Source: an uncultured Desulfospira sp. | Lineage (GTDB): Bacteria; Desulfobacterota; Desulfobacteria; Desulfobacterales; Desulfobacteraceae | Reading direction: 5' to 3' | Length of the DNA stretch: 64,000 bases | NCBI GenBank assembly: GCA_963663165.1 | Contig: OY760175.1 | Location: 480,001-544,000 of the forward strand | Shown here: positions 1 to 9,039 of the stretch, one piece after another | Numbering within the stretch: position 1 is the stretch's first letter | How the letters are laid out: every line of letters begins with the position of its first letter | The notes under the pieces: generated by a model | Told to the model about the DNA's origin: nothing | The model's database searches: none | The model's input: only the letters and a program-made list of their open reading frames with translations | Position numbers and translations under genes: made by a program

Positions 1-452
1 TCAGTGAATCCCTTAAAGAAATCATTGACCCGGATGTCCTCTTGGACCGGGCCGTTAATTTCTGCCTTTTTTATGCCTGGAAGTTTCTGTCTTCGGGCAA
101 ACAGGTGGCCATCCGGATTCTTAACGAAAATATGGAAACCTCGAAGATCAGTGTGGGCATTCCCAAGGACAGGGGATTTCACAGCCGCCCGAGCCTGCTT
201 GTGGCCAAAATTGTCCAGCATTACGGCGGGGAAGTCATCATGCACGTTGCCGGGGACCGGTTTGACGCTTCGTCTGTTCTTGATATCCAGTGGGCCGGCG
301 GGAAAATTAAAAAAGAAGAGATTGAGACGGTTTCATTTTCAGGGGATATCCGGGCCTTGAATGACCTTAAGATTCTGGCCGGCGTGAATTACGGGGAAGA
401 TGTCATGGGTAAGGGGATTCCGCTGCCCAAAGAATTATCGTATCTTAGCTGA
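1..452 (+). CDS. HPr-domain phosphocarrier protein, C-terminal part (5' end lies outside the window)
   Basis: Frame is open from the window edge (SESLKEIIDPDVLLDR...). GFHSRPS matches the HPr His15 motif and DASSVLDI the Ser46 region. Confidence 0.8.
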   Translation, partial: SESLKEIIDPDVLLDRAVNFCLFYAWKFLSSGKQVAIRILNENMETSKISVGIPKDRGFHSRPSLLVAKIVQHYGGEVIMHVAGDRFDASSVLDIQWAGGKIKKEEIETVSFSGDIRALNDLKILAGVNYGEDVMGKGIPLPKELSYLS

Positions 453-475
453 ATGGTTCACAAGGGGGATTCAAC

Positions 476-1192
476 ATGATCCAAGGGTTTGACCATACAG
501 CGGTGATTGTTGCCGGGGGAAGCGGCAAACGAATGGGGTCGCCTGTCAAAAAGCAGTTTATGGCCCTTGAAGGGATACCGGTCCTTTCCCGGACCCTGGC
601 ACTGTTTGATTCCCATGAAGCTGTCAACCGGATTATCCTTGTGGTGCCCGAAGACGATATGGCCCATTGCCGGGAGAAGGTCATCAGCCCTTTTGAATAT
701 TCAACCCCTGTCTGCCTTGTCAAAGGCGGTGATACCCGGCAGGCCTCTGTTTACCAGGGACTCGTAAAGGCCGCAAAGATCAGCACTGAAACGCAAAAAA
801 ACATTGTTCTTATCCATGATGGTGTCCGGCCCTTTGTCCCGGAGAAGGTGATCAATGACTGTATCCATACGGCCCGGGAAACGGGCGCCTGTATCCCCGT
901 CCTTGAGCTTACCGATACCATTAAACAGCTGGATTCGGATCGTAAGATTGAGAAAACCCTTGACAGAAGCCGGCTGTTTCGGGCTCAGACCCCCCAGGCG
1001 TTCCGGCTCGACCTGATCCTTACCGCCTTTGACCATGCCCGGAAAACCGGCTTTTCAGGGACAGACGATGCCTCTATCATGGAACATGCCGGACTGTCTG
1101 TTTCAACGGTAACGGGAAGCCCCGGGAATATCAAGCTGACCACCCCGGAAGATCTGCTCATGGCCAGGCTGTTTCTGGAAACAAAAATTTAA
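476..1192 (+). CDS. ispD: 2-C-methyl-D-erythritol 4-phosphate cytidylyltransferase
   Basis: AGGSGKRMG...KQF, GGDTRQASV, IHDGVRPF, AQTPQAF, TDDAS, NIKLTTPEDL motifs. Confidence 0.96.
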   Translation: MIQGFDHTAVIVAGGSGKRMGSPVKKQFMALEGIPVLSRTLALFDSHEAVNRIILVVPEDDMAHCREKVISPFEYSTPVCLVKGGDTRQASVYQGLVKAAKISTETQKNIVLIHDGVRPFVPEKVINDCIHTARETGACIPVLELTDTIKQLDSDRKIEKTLDRSRLFRAQTPQAFRLDLILTAFDHARKTGFSGTDDASIMEHAGLSVSTVTGSPGNIKLTTPEDLLMARLFLETKI

Positions 1193-1410
1193 GTCATTTC
1201 CCGGATAAGTCGATACCTTTTTTAGGTAATCCATAATGTTGTGGGGAATTTGGGGTTTACTTTAACTTTGAATTATGCCACAGTATTGACTCAACATCTA
1301 TAAAGGAATTCGTCTTCGGTCGATTAGGCAGTTCTTTTAGTGTCGGCGTTTAATCGGGGAAAGGATAACTAACCAAATCATCTTTATCCACGCTTACTGG
1401 AGGTAACTCA

Positions 1411-2349
1411 ATGGCGGACAAACCGGCTATTAAAATTGGCTATCTGAAAATTACAGACCATTTAATTCTGGGTGTTACAGACCTTAAACTCAAAAAAGGC
1501 ATGGAAACCTTTGAGCATTGTACCCTTGAGCCGGTGGTGAAAAACGGCTGGAATGAAGTTGCCGATGCCCTTTCCGTCAAGTCCCTTGACGGCGCCCTGG
1601 TCCTGGCCCCTACCGCCATGGATTTGTTTAAGTCCGGTGTGGATTTAAAGCTGCTGCTGTTTGCCCATAAATCCGGCAGCATCCTGGTGAAAAGCAAAAA
1701 GGCCAACATTCAAACCATTGAGGATTTCAAGGGCAAAACCGTATTAATTCCCTATCAGCTTTCCATTCATAACATGCTGTTTTATCAGCTTCTGGCCGAA
1801 AAAGGGCTGAAACCCGGCCGGGCCACGGACTCTGGTGTTGACGTCATTCTTGAAGTGGTGGCCCCGTTCCAGATGCCTGAGGCCATTGAATACGACGATG
1901 ATGGTGAAATCGGCGGATTTATCGTGGCTGAACCCTTTGGCTCCCAGGTAATTGCCCAGGGCCACGGCGAAGAGTTCTGCCTCTCAAAAGATTTGTGGCC
2001 GGGCCATCCCTGCTGCGTTTTTGTCATGCGAACGGAAGTCATTGAAAAACATCCTGAAGCCATCCAGGAAATCTGCACCAGCTTTGTCCGATCCGGTATG
2101 GCCATCGACGATCAGCCTGGCCCCGCAGCCGTTATCGGCGGAAATTTCCTGTCCCAGGACAAGGATGTCATTCAAAAGGTACTCACCGAACCCCCGGACC
2201 GGATCCTTACCGGCGAACTTTTTCCGGTTAAAGCGGATTTAGACCGGATTCAGAAGTACATGATGGACGAAATGAAGATCATGACCAGCCTGATTGACCT
2301 GGATAAGTTTGTGGATACAAGGTTTGCCGAAAAAGCCGGCGCCAAATAG
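1411..2349 (+). CDS. CmpA/NrtA-family substrate-binding-fold protein, no signal peptide
   Basis: IKIGYLKITDH, WNEVADAL, VAEPFGS, WPGHPCC motifs; GGAGG RBS upstream. Confidence 0.8.
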   Translation: MADKPAIKIGYLKITDHLILGVTDLKLKKGMETFEHCTLEPVVKNGWNEVADALSVKSLDGALVLAPTAMDLFKSGVDLKLLLFAHKSGSILVKSKKANIQTIEDFKGKTVLIPYQLSIHNMLFYQLLAEKGLKPGRATDSGVDVILEVVAPFQMPEAIEYDDDGEIGGFIVAEPFGSQVIAQGHGEEFCLSKDLWPGHPCCVFVMRTEVIEKHPEAIQEICTSFVRSGMAIDDQPGPAAVIGGNFLSQDKDVIQKVLTEPPDRILTGELFPVKADLDRIQKYMMDEMKIMTSLIDLDKFVDTRFAEKAGAK

Positions 2350-2370
2350 CCGCTTCTTTTTCAAGCGGCT
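2348..2370. terminator. Hairpin between convergent genes (possible bidirectional terminator)
   Basis: AGCCGCTT-N7-AAGCGGCT inverted repeat. Confidence 0.5.
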
Positions 2371-3812
2371 GAGTCAATAAACCGGTAAATCTGCTCCAAA
2401 GCCTTGATGCTCCACTGGGCTTTTCCGGAAAGGGTGGGAACCTCATCCTTGTTCAGCCGGTCTGTGGCCTCCTGGGCGCTGGAACCGTCAGATTTAAGCT
2501 GAAGAATAATTTTCATGACCGCCGCCTTGTAAGCCTCTAAATTTTCCTTGGGGGTAATATCCGGTTTTAAAGAAGGTTGTAATATGTCTTTGGCAAGGGC
2601 GCTCAGATCGTCCATGGGCTGGGCCGCGGTATCTTGCGGCACCTGCTGTTGCCCCGGGTCATCAATAAGTTTTGACAGGTCATCCTGGCCCGTTTCCCCG
2701 GTGGTTTTTGTTTCCGTATCAATGAGCAAAGAAAGATTATCCTGATCTTTGGTTGTTTTGTCACTTTCATCAACCAGCTGTGACAGATCGTCCATATCCT
2801 GAGTGCCGGCCGTTGAGGCCATCCCATCAATCAGTTTTGACAGATCGTCGGTCTCTATGGCCGTACCGGATTCAGGGGCACTTGTGTCAATCAGGCTTGC
2901 CAGGTCATCCATGTCTGCGGCTGGTGAAGATGCCCCGTCTTTTGGGTCATCAACCAGCAGGGACAGATCATCCAAAGCCGGTTCCCGGGGCCCGGCATCC
3001 AGAAGCTGGTTTAAATTATCCATAGGGACCGGATCATCCTGTGGGGCACTGTCCGGTGTTTCATCCAACAGCATGGATAAATCGTCAGTGTCCTGAGGGG
3101 GATGCGCCTTAATGAGGCTTGACAGGTCGTCTAAGACCATTCTGTTTTCAAGGGCGTTGTCCTCATCGCCGGGAAAATCGGGGAAATCTGAATCAACGGG
3201 CTCCCCGGGCAGAACCTCGGGTTCTGAAACATCAATGGGGTCCATTTCAGGGGAGCTGTCATCACAAATAAGCGTGTCGGCTGCATGATGAGCGATTTTC
3301 ATCATTTCAGGGTCCTGGACCTTGAGCCGGTTCATCTCCTGAAGGGCATTGGCGATATTGTTCATGGCAAAGGCTTTTTTCTCTTCTGCATCGGCCCTTT
3401 TTTCAATAGCCACTGCCTTTCGTTCCTCTGCCGCAGCCCTTTTCTCATGGGCCAGGGCAATCCTTTCCTGTTGCCGGCTGATGTCGTTAAACAGATCCTT
3501 GATCAGTTTAAGGCCGTCAGGACTGACCCTGATGTCTTCATTGGACAGCCGGTCAAACGCTGCGGCCGTTTCATTTTGCTCTAACTCTTTGGAAAGCTCC
3601 AATTCAATGTTGGACGGCAGTTTGCCCGAATCAATATCGGTTTTGATTTTGATCAGCAAAGGAACTGTATCCGGGGGAAACACCGGATAACCATTGGATA
3701 ACTCAGGAGACAGAAAGGCTTCAAACCGTTTGAGTAAAAATTTGGTAAACGTGGTTCCGGTATTTAATTCCCTGGAAATGTCTTTTATGGATAAAAAATT
3801 TTCCTGAGCCAT
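2361..3812 (-). CDS. MerR-like HTH / coiled coil / acidic DDLSxLxD-repeat protein with a C-terminal recombinase-type HTH
   Basis: ATG at 3812 follows a GAGGGGG RBS. N-term LSIKDISRELNTG; ERKAVAIEKRADAEEKKA coil; 10 DDLS-type repeats; C-term ATDRLNKDEVPTLSGKAQWS. Confidence 0.8.
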   Translation of the reverse strand: MAQENFLSIKDISRELNTGTTFTKFLLKRFEAFLSPELSNGYPVFPPDTVPLLIKIKTDIDSGKLPSNIELELSKELEQNETAAAFDRLSNEDIRVSPDGLKLIKDLFNDISRQQERIALAHEKRAAAEERKAVAIEKRADAEEKKAFAMNNIANALQEMNRLKVQDPEMMKIAHHAADTLICDDSSPEMDPIDVSEPEVLPGEPVDSDFPDFPGDEDNALENRMVLDDLSSLIKAHPPQDTDDLSMLLDETPDSAPQDDPVPMDNLNQLLDAGPREPALDDLSLLVDDPKDGASSPAADMDDLASLIDTSAPESGTAIETDDLSKLIDGMASTAGTQDMDDLSQLVDESDKTTKDQDNLSLLIDTETKTTGETGQDDLSKLIDDPGQQQVPQDTAAQPMDDLSALAKDILQPSLKPDITPKENLEAYKAAVMKIILQLKSDGSSAQEATDRLNKDEVPTLSGKAQWSIKALEQIYRFIDSAA

Positions 3813-3916
3813 ATCCCCCTCGGCTTTTTTCACTGATTCATAATTTTCTCTGGCTGAAGGCTTCAACAATTTATTTATCATACCTGTCGGCAGAAGGGAA
3901 TATAAACCAAAATGAA

Positions 3917-3945
3917 TTGACACAGGAAATTTAAAAGTCTATCCT
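3917..3945 (+). promoter_or_regulatory. sigma-70 promoter of the prkA operon
   Basis: TTGACA-N17-TATCCT. Confidence 0.6.
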
Positions 3946-4108
3946 AAATTTAAAGCTGCTGTTCGTTTTCAAATATTAACCAAATGCATCTTGGGGATGG
4001 AAATGGTCTTAGGGCAGCCCTTCAGAACCTTTAATAATCAAGTTCATTTCCTAACGTTTTTGACTGGCAGCACTCTTTTCCTTTTAGCTGCCGTTAAAGG
4101 GGGATAAA

Positions 4109-6172
4109 ATGGCAGTGAAATCCAATCCTAAAAGTTTAACCGATCACGTCAATGCTGTAAAAAAAGGCAGCCGAAGATTTGAAGACGCCTTTCAGGGGGT
4201 GTCGCGAATGATCCTGGACGCAGGAATTCGCAAAGTCACGGTCAAGGGGAAAACCACTTACCAGTTTGATCTGTTCAGCCGCGGGAAAAAACATCTGGTG
4301 GGAATGTACGATGAAATCAACTCCTTTGTCTCCTTTGTCAAGGATGCTTCAGAAGGGGGGTCGTCCCGGGAAATGGCCTTTGTACTGGTGGGTGAGCCCG
4401 GCAACGGTAAAACCTTTTTTGTGGAGTATCTGTGCTCCCGGTACCGGGAGTTTCTAAGTGTGCCTGAAAACCGGAAATATACCTTTAAATTTATTAACCT
4501 GGATCAGTTGGGGGGATACGGAAAAATTAATTCTATTGAATCCCAGACCTATGAAGATCCCATGATCCTGGCCATGAACCTGGAAGAAACCAAAGACAAA
4601 TCGCGGGATCTTCTAGCCAAAAAATATAAGTTTACCAATGATGCCTTAGAAACCCTTTATAATAATTATCGTCCTCTCGGGGCCTGCTCGGCCTATATCT
4701 GGAACCAGATCCGGGAAATATGCGACGGGGATCTGACCAGGATGCTTTCTTTTGTTGAGATCACGCCGGTTCCCTTAATCGAGAGTCTGGGCACCATTAC
4801 CGGGAAATATCCGGCCAAGGATAAAATTACATCCTCTGCCGTGGACCTTATGGGTGAGGAGTCCATCCAGCGCCTGCTTCATATTTCCGATTCCAACAAC
4901 CCCTACCGGTTTGATTTGAGGCGGGGGGCCCTGGCCCGGGTGGCCGGCGGGGGCATTCATTTCAGCGATGAAATTTACAAAAATAAAAAAGACCTGGTTC
5001 AGGTCTATCTCGGGGTGATCCAGAACCGGATGATAGAGCTTGACGGATTTAAATGGCCCATTGACACCCTGATTATCGCCACGTCCAATAACTCGGAATT
5101 TGATACCTTTTTGTCTGAAAGAGAAGAAGCCCCCATCATCGACCGGTGCCGGATCTGTTATGTGGCCCATAACACGGATTATAAAATTCAGCGGACCCTT
5201 ACCGAATACGCCATTGGGGCAGACACCAAACGATCCCTGGACCAGGAGATCCTGCATCAGGACCCCAATTTAAACTATGCGGCCTCTGTGGGCGTGGTGT
5301 TAACACGGCTTCCCCGTTCGGACAAGCTTACCCCGGTTGAGACCATGAAGCTGGCTGCCGGTGAAGTGGCCGGGGAAAAGAGCTTAAAAACCCTGGCCGA
5401 ACTCATTGATACCTTAAATCAGGACACCGATATTACCAAGCGGTTCGGACAGAAAGGCTTAGGGCAGCGAAACCTTGGCCGGTCCGTCCAGCTGCTGCTT
5501 GAAAGCTCTGAGACCAACGAGGGCAAGTGCATGTTTGCCCTAGATATTTTCAATGCCCTGGAAAGGACGGTCTTGGATTATGTCCATGAACCCGCCGACC
5601 GGGCCAAATTCATGGAAGACCTTAAAATCGCCCGGGGCCTTTACAGAGAACGGATCATGACCGAGATGTTCAACGCCTACATGGATGAACCCCTGGCCAT
5701 TAAAAAGGACGTCTTAAATTACGTGAACATGATCATTGGCGTGGATGCCGAACAGCTTGGCCCTGATATGATGTGGAAGTATAAAGACCCCCAGACCGGA
5801 GAGCTTAAAGCCCTTAAAATCGACGAGCGGTATATCAAAAATGTGGAAGAGCGTTTGGGGCTTAAAACCGAAGAACAGCGCGCCTCTTTCAGAAATTCCA
5901 TTCGCAAGATCTACGGTCAGAAGCTGTCCGTTGATGCCAACTATGATTTTATGGACAACCTGGAACTGGTCAAGGCCATTACCGATGTGAGGCTTAAATC
6001 CGATATTGCCGGGGCCGGCTCCCTTATCGGGGCCCTGGCCAACCGGACCAACGAGGAAAACCAGAAGCTTTATGACCGGATGATCACCACCATGCACGAC
6101 AAGCTCGGGTACTGCCGGACCTGTGCCCAGAAAACCATTGAATATTTCTGTTCCCAGGAAGACGACAAATAA
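4109..6172 (+). CDS. prkA: PrkA/YeaG-family AAA+ serine protein kinase
   Basis: Walker A GEPGNGKT, Walker B IHFSDE, C-term LGYCRTCAQKTIEY; adjacent to yeaH and spoVR homologs. Confidence 0.9.
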   Translation: MAVKSNPKSLTDHVNAVKKGSRRFEDAFQGVSRMILDAGIRKVTVKGKTTYQFDLFSRGKKHLVGMYDEINSFVSFVKDASEGGSSREMAFVLVGEPGNGKTFFVEYLCSRYREFLSVPENRKYTFKFINLDQLGGYGKINSIESQTYEDPMILAMNLEETKDKSRDLLAKKYKFTNDALETLYNNYRPLGACSAYIWNQIREICDGDLTRMLSFVEITPVPLIESLGTITGKYPAKDKITSSAVDLMGEESIQRLLHISDSNNPYRFDLRRGALARVAGGGIHFSDEIYKNKKDLVQVYLGVIQNRMIELDGFKWPIDTLIIATSNNSEFDTFLSEREEAPIIDRCRICYVAHNTDYKIQRTLTEYAIGADTKRSLDQEILHQDPNLNYAASVGVVLTRLPRSDKLTPVETMKLAAGEVAGEKSLKTLAELIDTLNQDTDITKRFGQKGLGQRNLGRSVQLLLESSETNEGKCMFALDIFNALERTVLDYVHEPADRAKFMEDLKIARGLYRERIMTEMFNAYMDEPLAIKKDVLNYVNMIIGVDAEQLGPDMMWKYKDPQTGELKALKIDERYIKNVEERLGLKTEEQRASFRNSIRKIYGQKLSVDANYDFMDNLELVKAITDVRLKSDIAGAGSLIGALANRTNEENQKLYDRMITTMHDKLGYCRTCAQKTIEYFCSQEDDK

Positions 6173-6187
6173 AACAGGAGGTCTGGC

Positions 6188-7363
6188 ATGACAACCTTGG
6201 ATGAACTCCTGGAACGGGACAGACAGCGACGAGAAGACGGGTTTAAACAAAAAATCCGTGTTGGCCGGATCGTTAAGCCCGGTACCGGCGGCAAGGAAAA
6301 GATTATCGTGGTCCCCACCACGGTAGAGGAAAAATTCGTCCATGATGAATTTGATCCGGACCGGGAAAAGGGGGAGGGCGAGCCTGGTGCCGGAACCGGG
6401 GAAGGAGAAGAAGGCGAGGTCATCGGGCATCAGCCGGTCCGACCCGAAGACGGTGACGGCGAGGGCGGTGAAGGTGACGGCGAAGGTCCGGGTGAGGGCC
6501 AGGGCGGAGAGCATGAGTTTGAATCCAATGCCTATGAACTGGGCAAGGTGCTGTCCCAGGATTTTCAACTGCCCAACCTTCAGGACAAGGGCAAAAAACG
6601 AACCCTTGCCCGGTATATTTATGATTTGACCGACCGGAACCGGGGCGTGGGCCAGGTGCTGGATAAAAAGGCCACGTTAAGGAAAATTGTAGAGACCAAT
6701 ATCAGCCTGGGCAACATTGATGACCCGGGCGACATTGATTCAACCCGGTTTATTATTTCCCCCCGGGATATGGTTTACCGGATCCTGTCCCGGGAAAAGG
6801 ATTATGAATCCCAGGCCCTGGTCTTTTTTCTTCGCGATTATTCCGGGTCCATGGGGGGCAAAGTTACCCAGGCCGTTGTTTCCCAGCATGTCATGCTCTA
6901 TTCCTGGCTGGTCTTTCAATATGAAAAACAGGTGGAAACACGGTTTATCCTCCATGACACCGAAGCCCGCGAGGTATCGGATTTTTTCAAGTATTACTCC
7001 TATAAGGTGGCCGGCGGCACCAAGGTATTTACGGCATTCAAGCTGGTCAACGATATTGTGGAAAGAGAAAGCCTGGCAAAGGATTATAATATTTATGTGT
7101 TTCACGGCACTGACGGGGATGACTGGGACCGGGACGGGAAGCAGACCTTGGAAGAAATTGAGAAGATGATGACCTATGTGGCCAGGGCAGGGATCACCAT
7201 TGTCCACCACTCCTATGCCGCCAATAAGGATACCGAGGTGGCCCGATACCTTAAGGCCTCCGGCGTGCTGAAAAGACATGAGAATCTGCTTAAATTGGAT
7301 GTCATGGGAGAAGATGCGGACGATACCCGGATTATACAGGGAATCAAGAATCTAATCAGCTGA
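6188..7363 (+). CDS. yeaH: YeaH/YhbH (DUF444) family protein
   Basis: Gly/Glu-rich linker, LPNLQDKG, MIDAS-like DYSGSMG, GGT, YVFHGTDGDDW. Confidence 0.9.
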   Translation: MTTLDELLERDRQRREDGFKQKIRVGRIVKPGTGGKEKIIVVPTTVEEKFVHDEFDPDREKGEGEPGAGTGEGEEGEVIGHQPVRPEDGDGEGGEGDGEGPGEGQGGEHEFESNAYELGKVLSQDFQLPNLQDKGKKRTLARYIYDLTDRNRGVGQVLDKKATLRKIVETNISLGNIDDPGDIDSTRFIISPRDMVYRILSREKDYESQALVFFLRDYSGSMGGKVTQAVVSQHVMLYSWLVFQYEKQVETRFILHDTEAREVSDFFKYYSYKVAGGTKVFTAFKLVNDIVERESLAKDYNIYVFHGTDGDDWDRDGKQTLEEIEKMMTYVARAGITIVHHSYAANKDTEVARYLKASGVLKRHENLLKLDVMGEDADDTRIIQGIKNLIS

Positions 7364-7386
7364 GAAAGCCAAAAAGCGGGGCAAAT

Positions 7387-9033
7387 ATGGAACTTGTCAG
7401 CCAGCATGTCAAAGGAATCATGGAAGAGTGCAAAGTCCGGGCGCGGGATGCCGGTCTTTCCTTTGACAACGAAACCCTTGAGTACATTGTCACCAACCGG
7501 GACATGATTGAATTGTCTCCCAAGGTGATGATCCCTACCCTTTACGATTACTGGGTCCATGACGTCAGGGTTCTTTCCGGCAAAGGTATGTATGAGGCGT
7601 ATCCGTCCAACCCCTATGAAACCGTCATCAATACCCGGCCGGCCATTTCCTATTACAACGACAACAACCCGGACTGGCTCAATGTGATGATTTTCTATCA
7701 TGTTATAGGCCATATCGATTTTTTTCAGAACAATATCTTTTTTAAAAATACCTGGGATATTGACCTTACCGGCCAGGCCTTAGCCGACAAGCGGATGATT
7801 GCCCTGCTGCGGTCTGAAAAGGGGCGCTGGGTGGATTATGCCATTGAATTTTCAAGGGGGATCGACAACCTTGTGGGGTATCACCACCAGCTTAACCGGA
7901 TTTTTTCAAAGGAAACAGAACAGAAACCGACCCGGACAGACTATTACTTTGATGTGTTTTTACAGACCGTCAAACAGCAGCCGCAAATTGTTTATTTAAA
8001 GGAAATCAACCGGTACAACCAGTGCCAGAAAGATAAAACCGACTTTTTCGACCAGGTGACCGGCCAGTATCCCGAATTTGAGGAATTGTATAAAAAGGCC
8101 CTTGAATCAAAAGAAGAACCGGAACTGGACGTGATGGAATATATCCTGCGGTATTCGCCGTTCCTCAAGCAGGAGGAAAATGAATGGATTAAAACGGTGA
8201 TTCAGATCGTTAGGAACACCTCGCTTTATTTTCAGCCCCAGATCAGAAGCAAGATCATGAACGAGGGGTGGGCCAGCTACTGGCATGACCGGCTGTTCAG
8301 AATTGATGACCGGATCAGGGGGCATGAGGCCGATTATGCCAAGGTCAATGCCGCAGTCACCTCCCTTCCCAAGGTGGGTCTTAACCCTTATGCGTTAGGG
8401 TTGCGAATGTTCCAGCATATCCGGGACATGGAAAACAAGGGCCGGTACGATCTTGAGTACAGCCGTCTTCATGATGAAAAGGCCAAGAAAATTTATGATA
8501 ACAAAAAGCAGGCCGGTGATGAACTGATTTTCAAGATCCGGGAAAACATGAATGACTTTACTTTCGTCAATACCTATATAGACCAGGAAATGGTGTCTAA
8601 ACACCGGCTGTTTGTCACGGGAAAACGATTTTTACAGGATAAAATGGTCTGGGAATATTATATCAAATCCAAGAAAGCCCAAGATTTTAAGCAGATGATC
8701 ATCAACACCCTGTACCATCCCCCCCATATCCGGGTGGACAAGAAAAAAAGTGTCAAGGGGGTGCTTTGCCTGGACCATAAATTTGAGGGTAAGCCCTTGA
8801 AGATTGATTATATTGAAAACACCATGGTGGGCATTGAATACCTGTGGGGCGGTCCGGTTCATCTCGAGACCTGTGAACCGGTTGCCGTTTCCAAGACGGA
8901 GACCAGCACTTATGTCAATTTCTGGGATCCTGTGGCACCGGCACCGGACAGCGAATCCCCCAAAAATAAATTCCAATGGAAACGAATGCGGTATGTCATG
9001 GAAAATCGTAAACTGCATAAACGGGAGCTGTGA
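7387..9033 (+). CDS. spoVR: SpoVR/YcgB family protein
   Basis: YETVINTRP, HVIGHIDFFQNN, YFQPQIRSKIMNEGWASYWH, LNPYALG. Confidence 0.92.
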   Translation: MELVSQHVKGIMEECKVRARDAGLSFDNETLEYIVTNRDMIELSPKVMIPTLYDYWVHDVRVLSGKGMYEAYPSNPYETVINTRPAISYYNDNNPDWLNVMIFYHVIGHIDFFQNNIFFKNTWDIDLTGQALADKRMIALLRSEKGRWVDYAIEFSRGIDNLVGYHHQLNRIFSKETEQKPTRTDYYFDVFLQTVKQQPQIVYLKEINRYNQCQKDKTDFFDQVTGQYPEFEELYKKALESKEEPELDVMEYILRYSPFLKQEENEWIKTVIQIVRNTSLYFQPQIRSKIMNEGWASYWHDRLFRIDDRIRGHEADYAKVNAAVTSLPKVGLNPYALGLRMFQHIRDMENKGRYDLEYSRLHDEKAKKIYDNKKQAGDELIFKIRENMNDFTFVNTYIDQEMVSKHRLFVTGKRFLQDKMVWEYYIKSKKAQDFKQMIINTLYHPPHIRVDKKKSVKGVLCLDHKFEGKPLKIDYIENTMVGIEYLWGGPVHLETCEPVAVSKTETSTYVNFWDPVAPAPDSESPKNKFQWKRMRYVMENRKLHKREL

Positions 9034-9039
9034 TTGGCC

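Noticed and set aside
4065..4080. sigma-54 promoter for prkA
   Set aside because: No GC at -12; a good sigma-70 promoter at 3917-3945 already explains transcription.
5714..6568. Long antisense ORF (284 aa) and similar shadow ORFs throughout the track
   Set aside because: They lie opposite well-supported genes and show no recognisable motifs.
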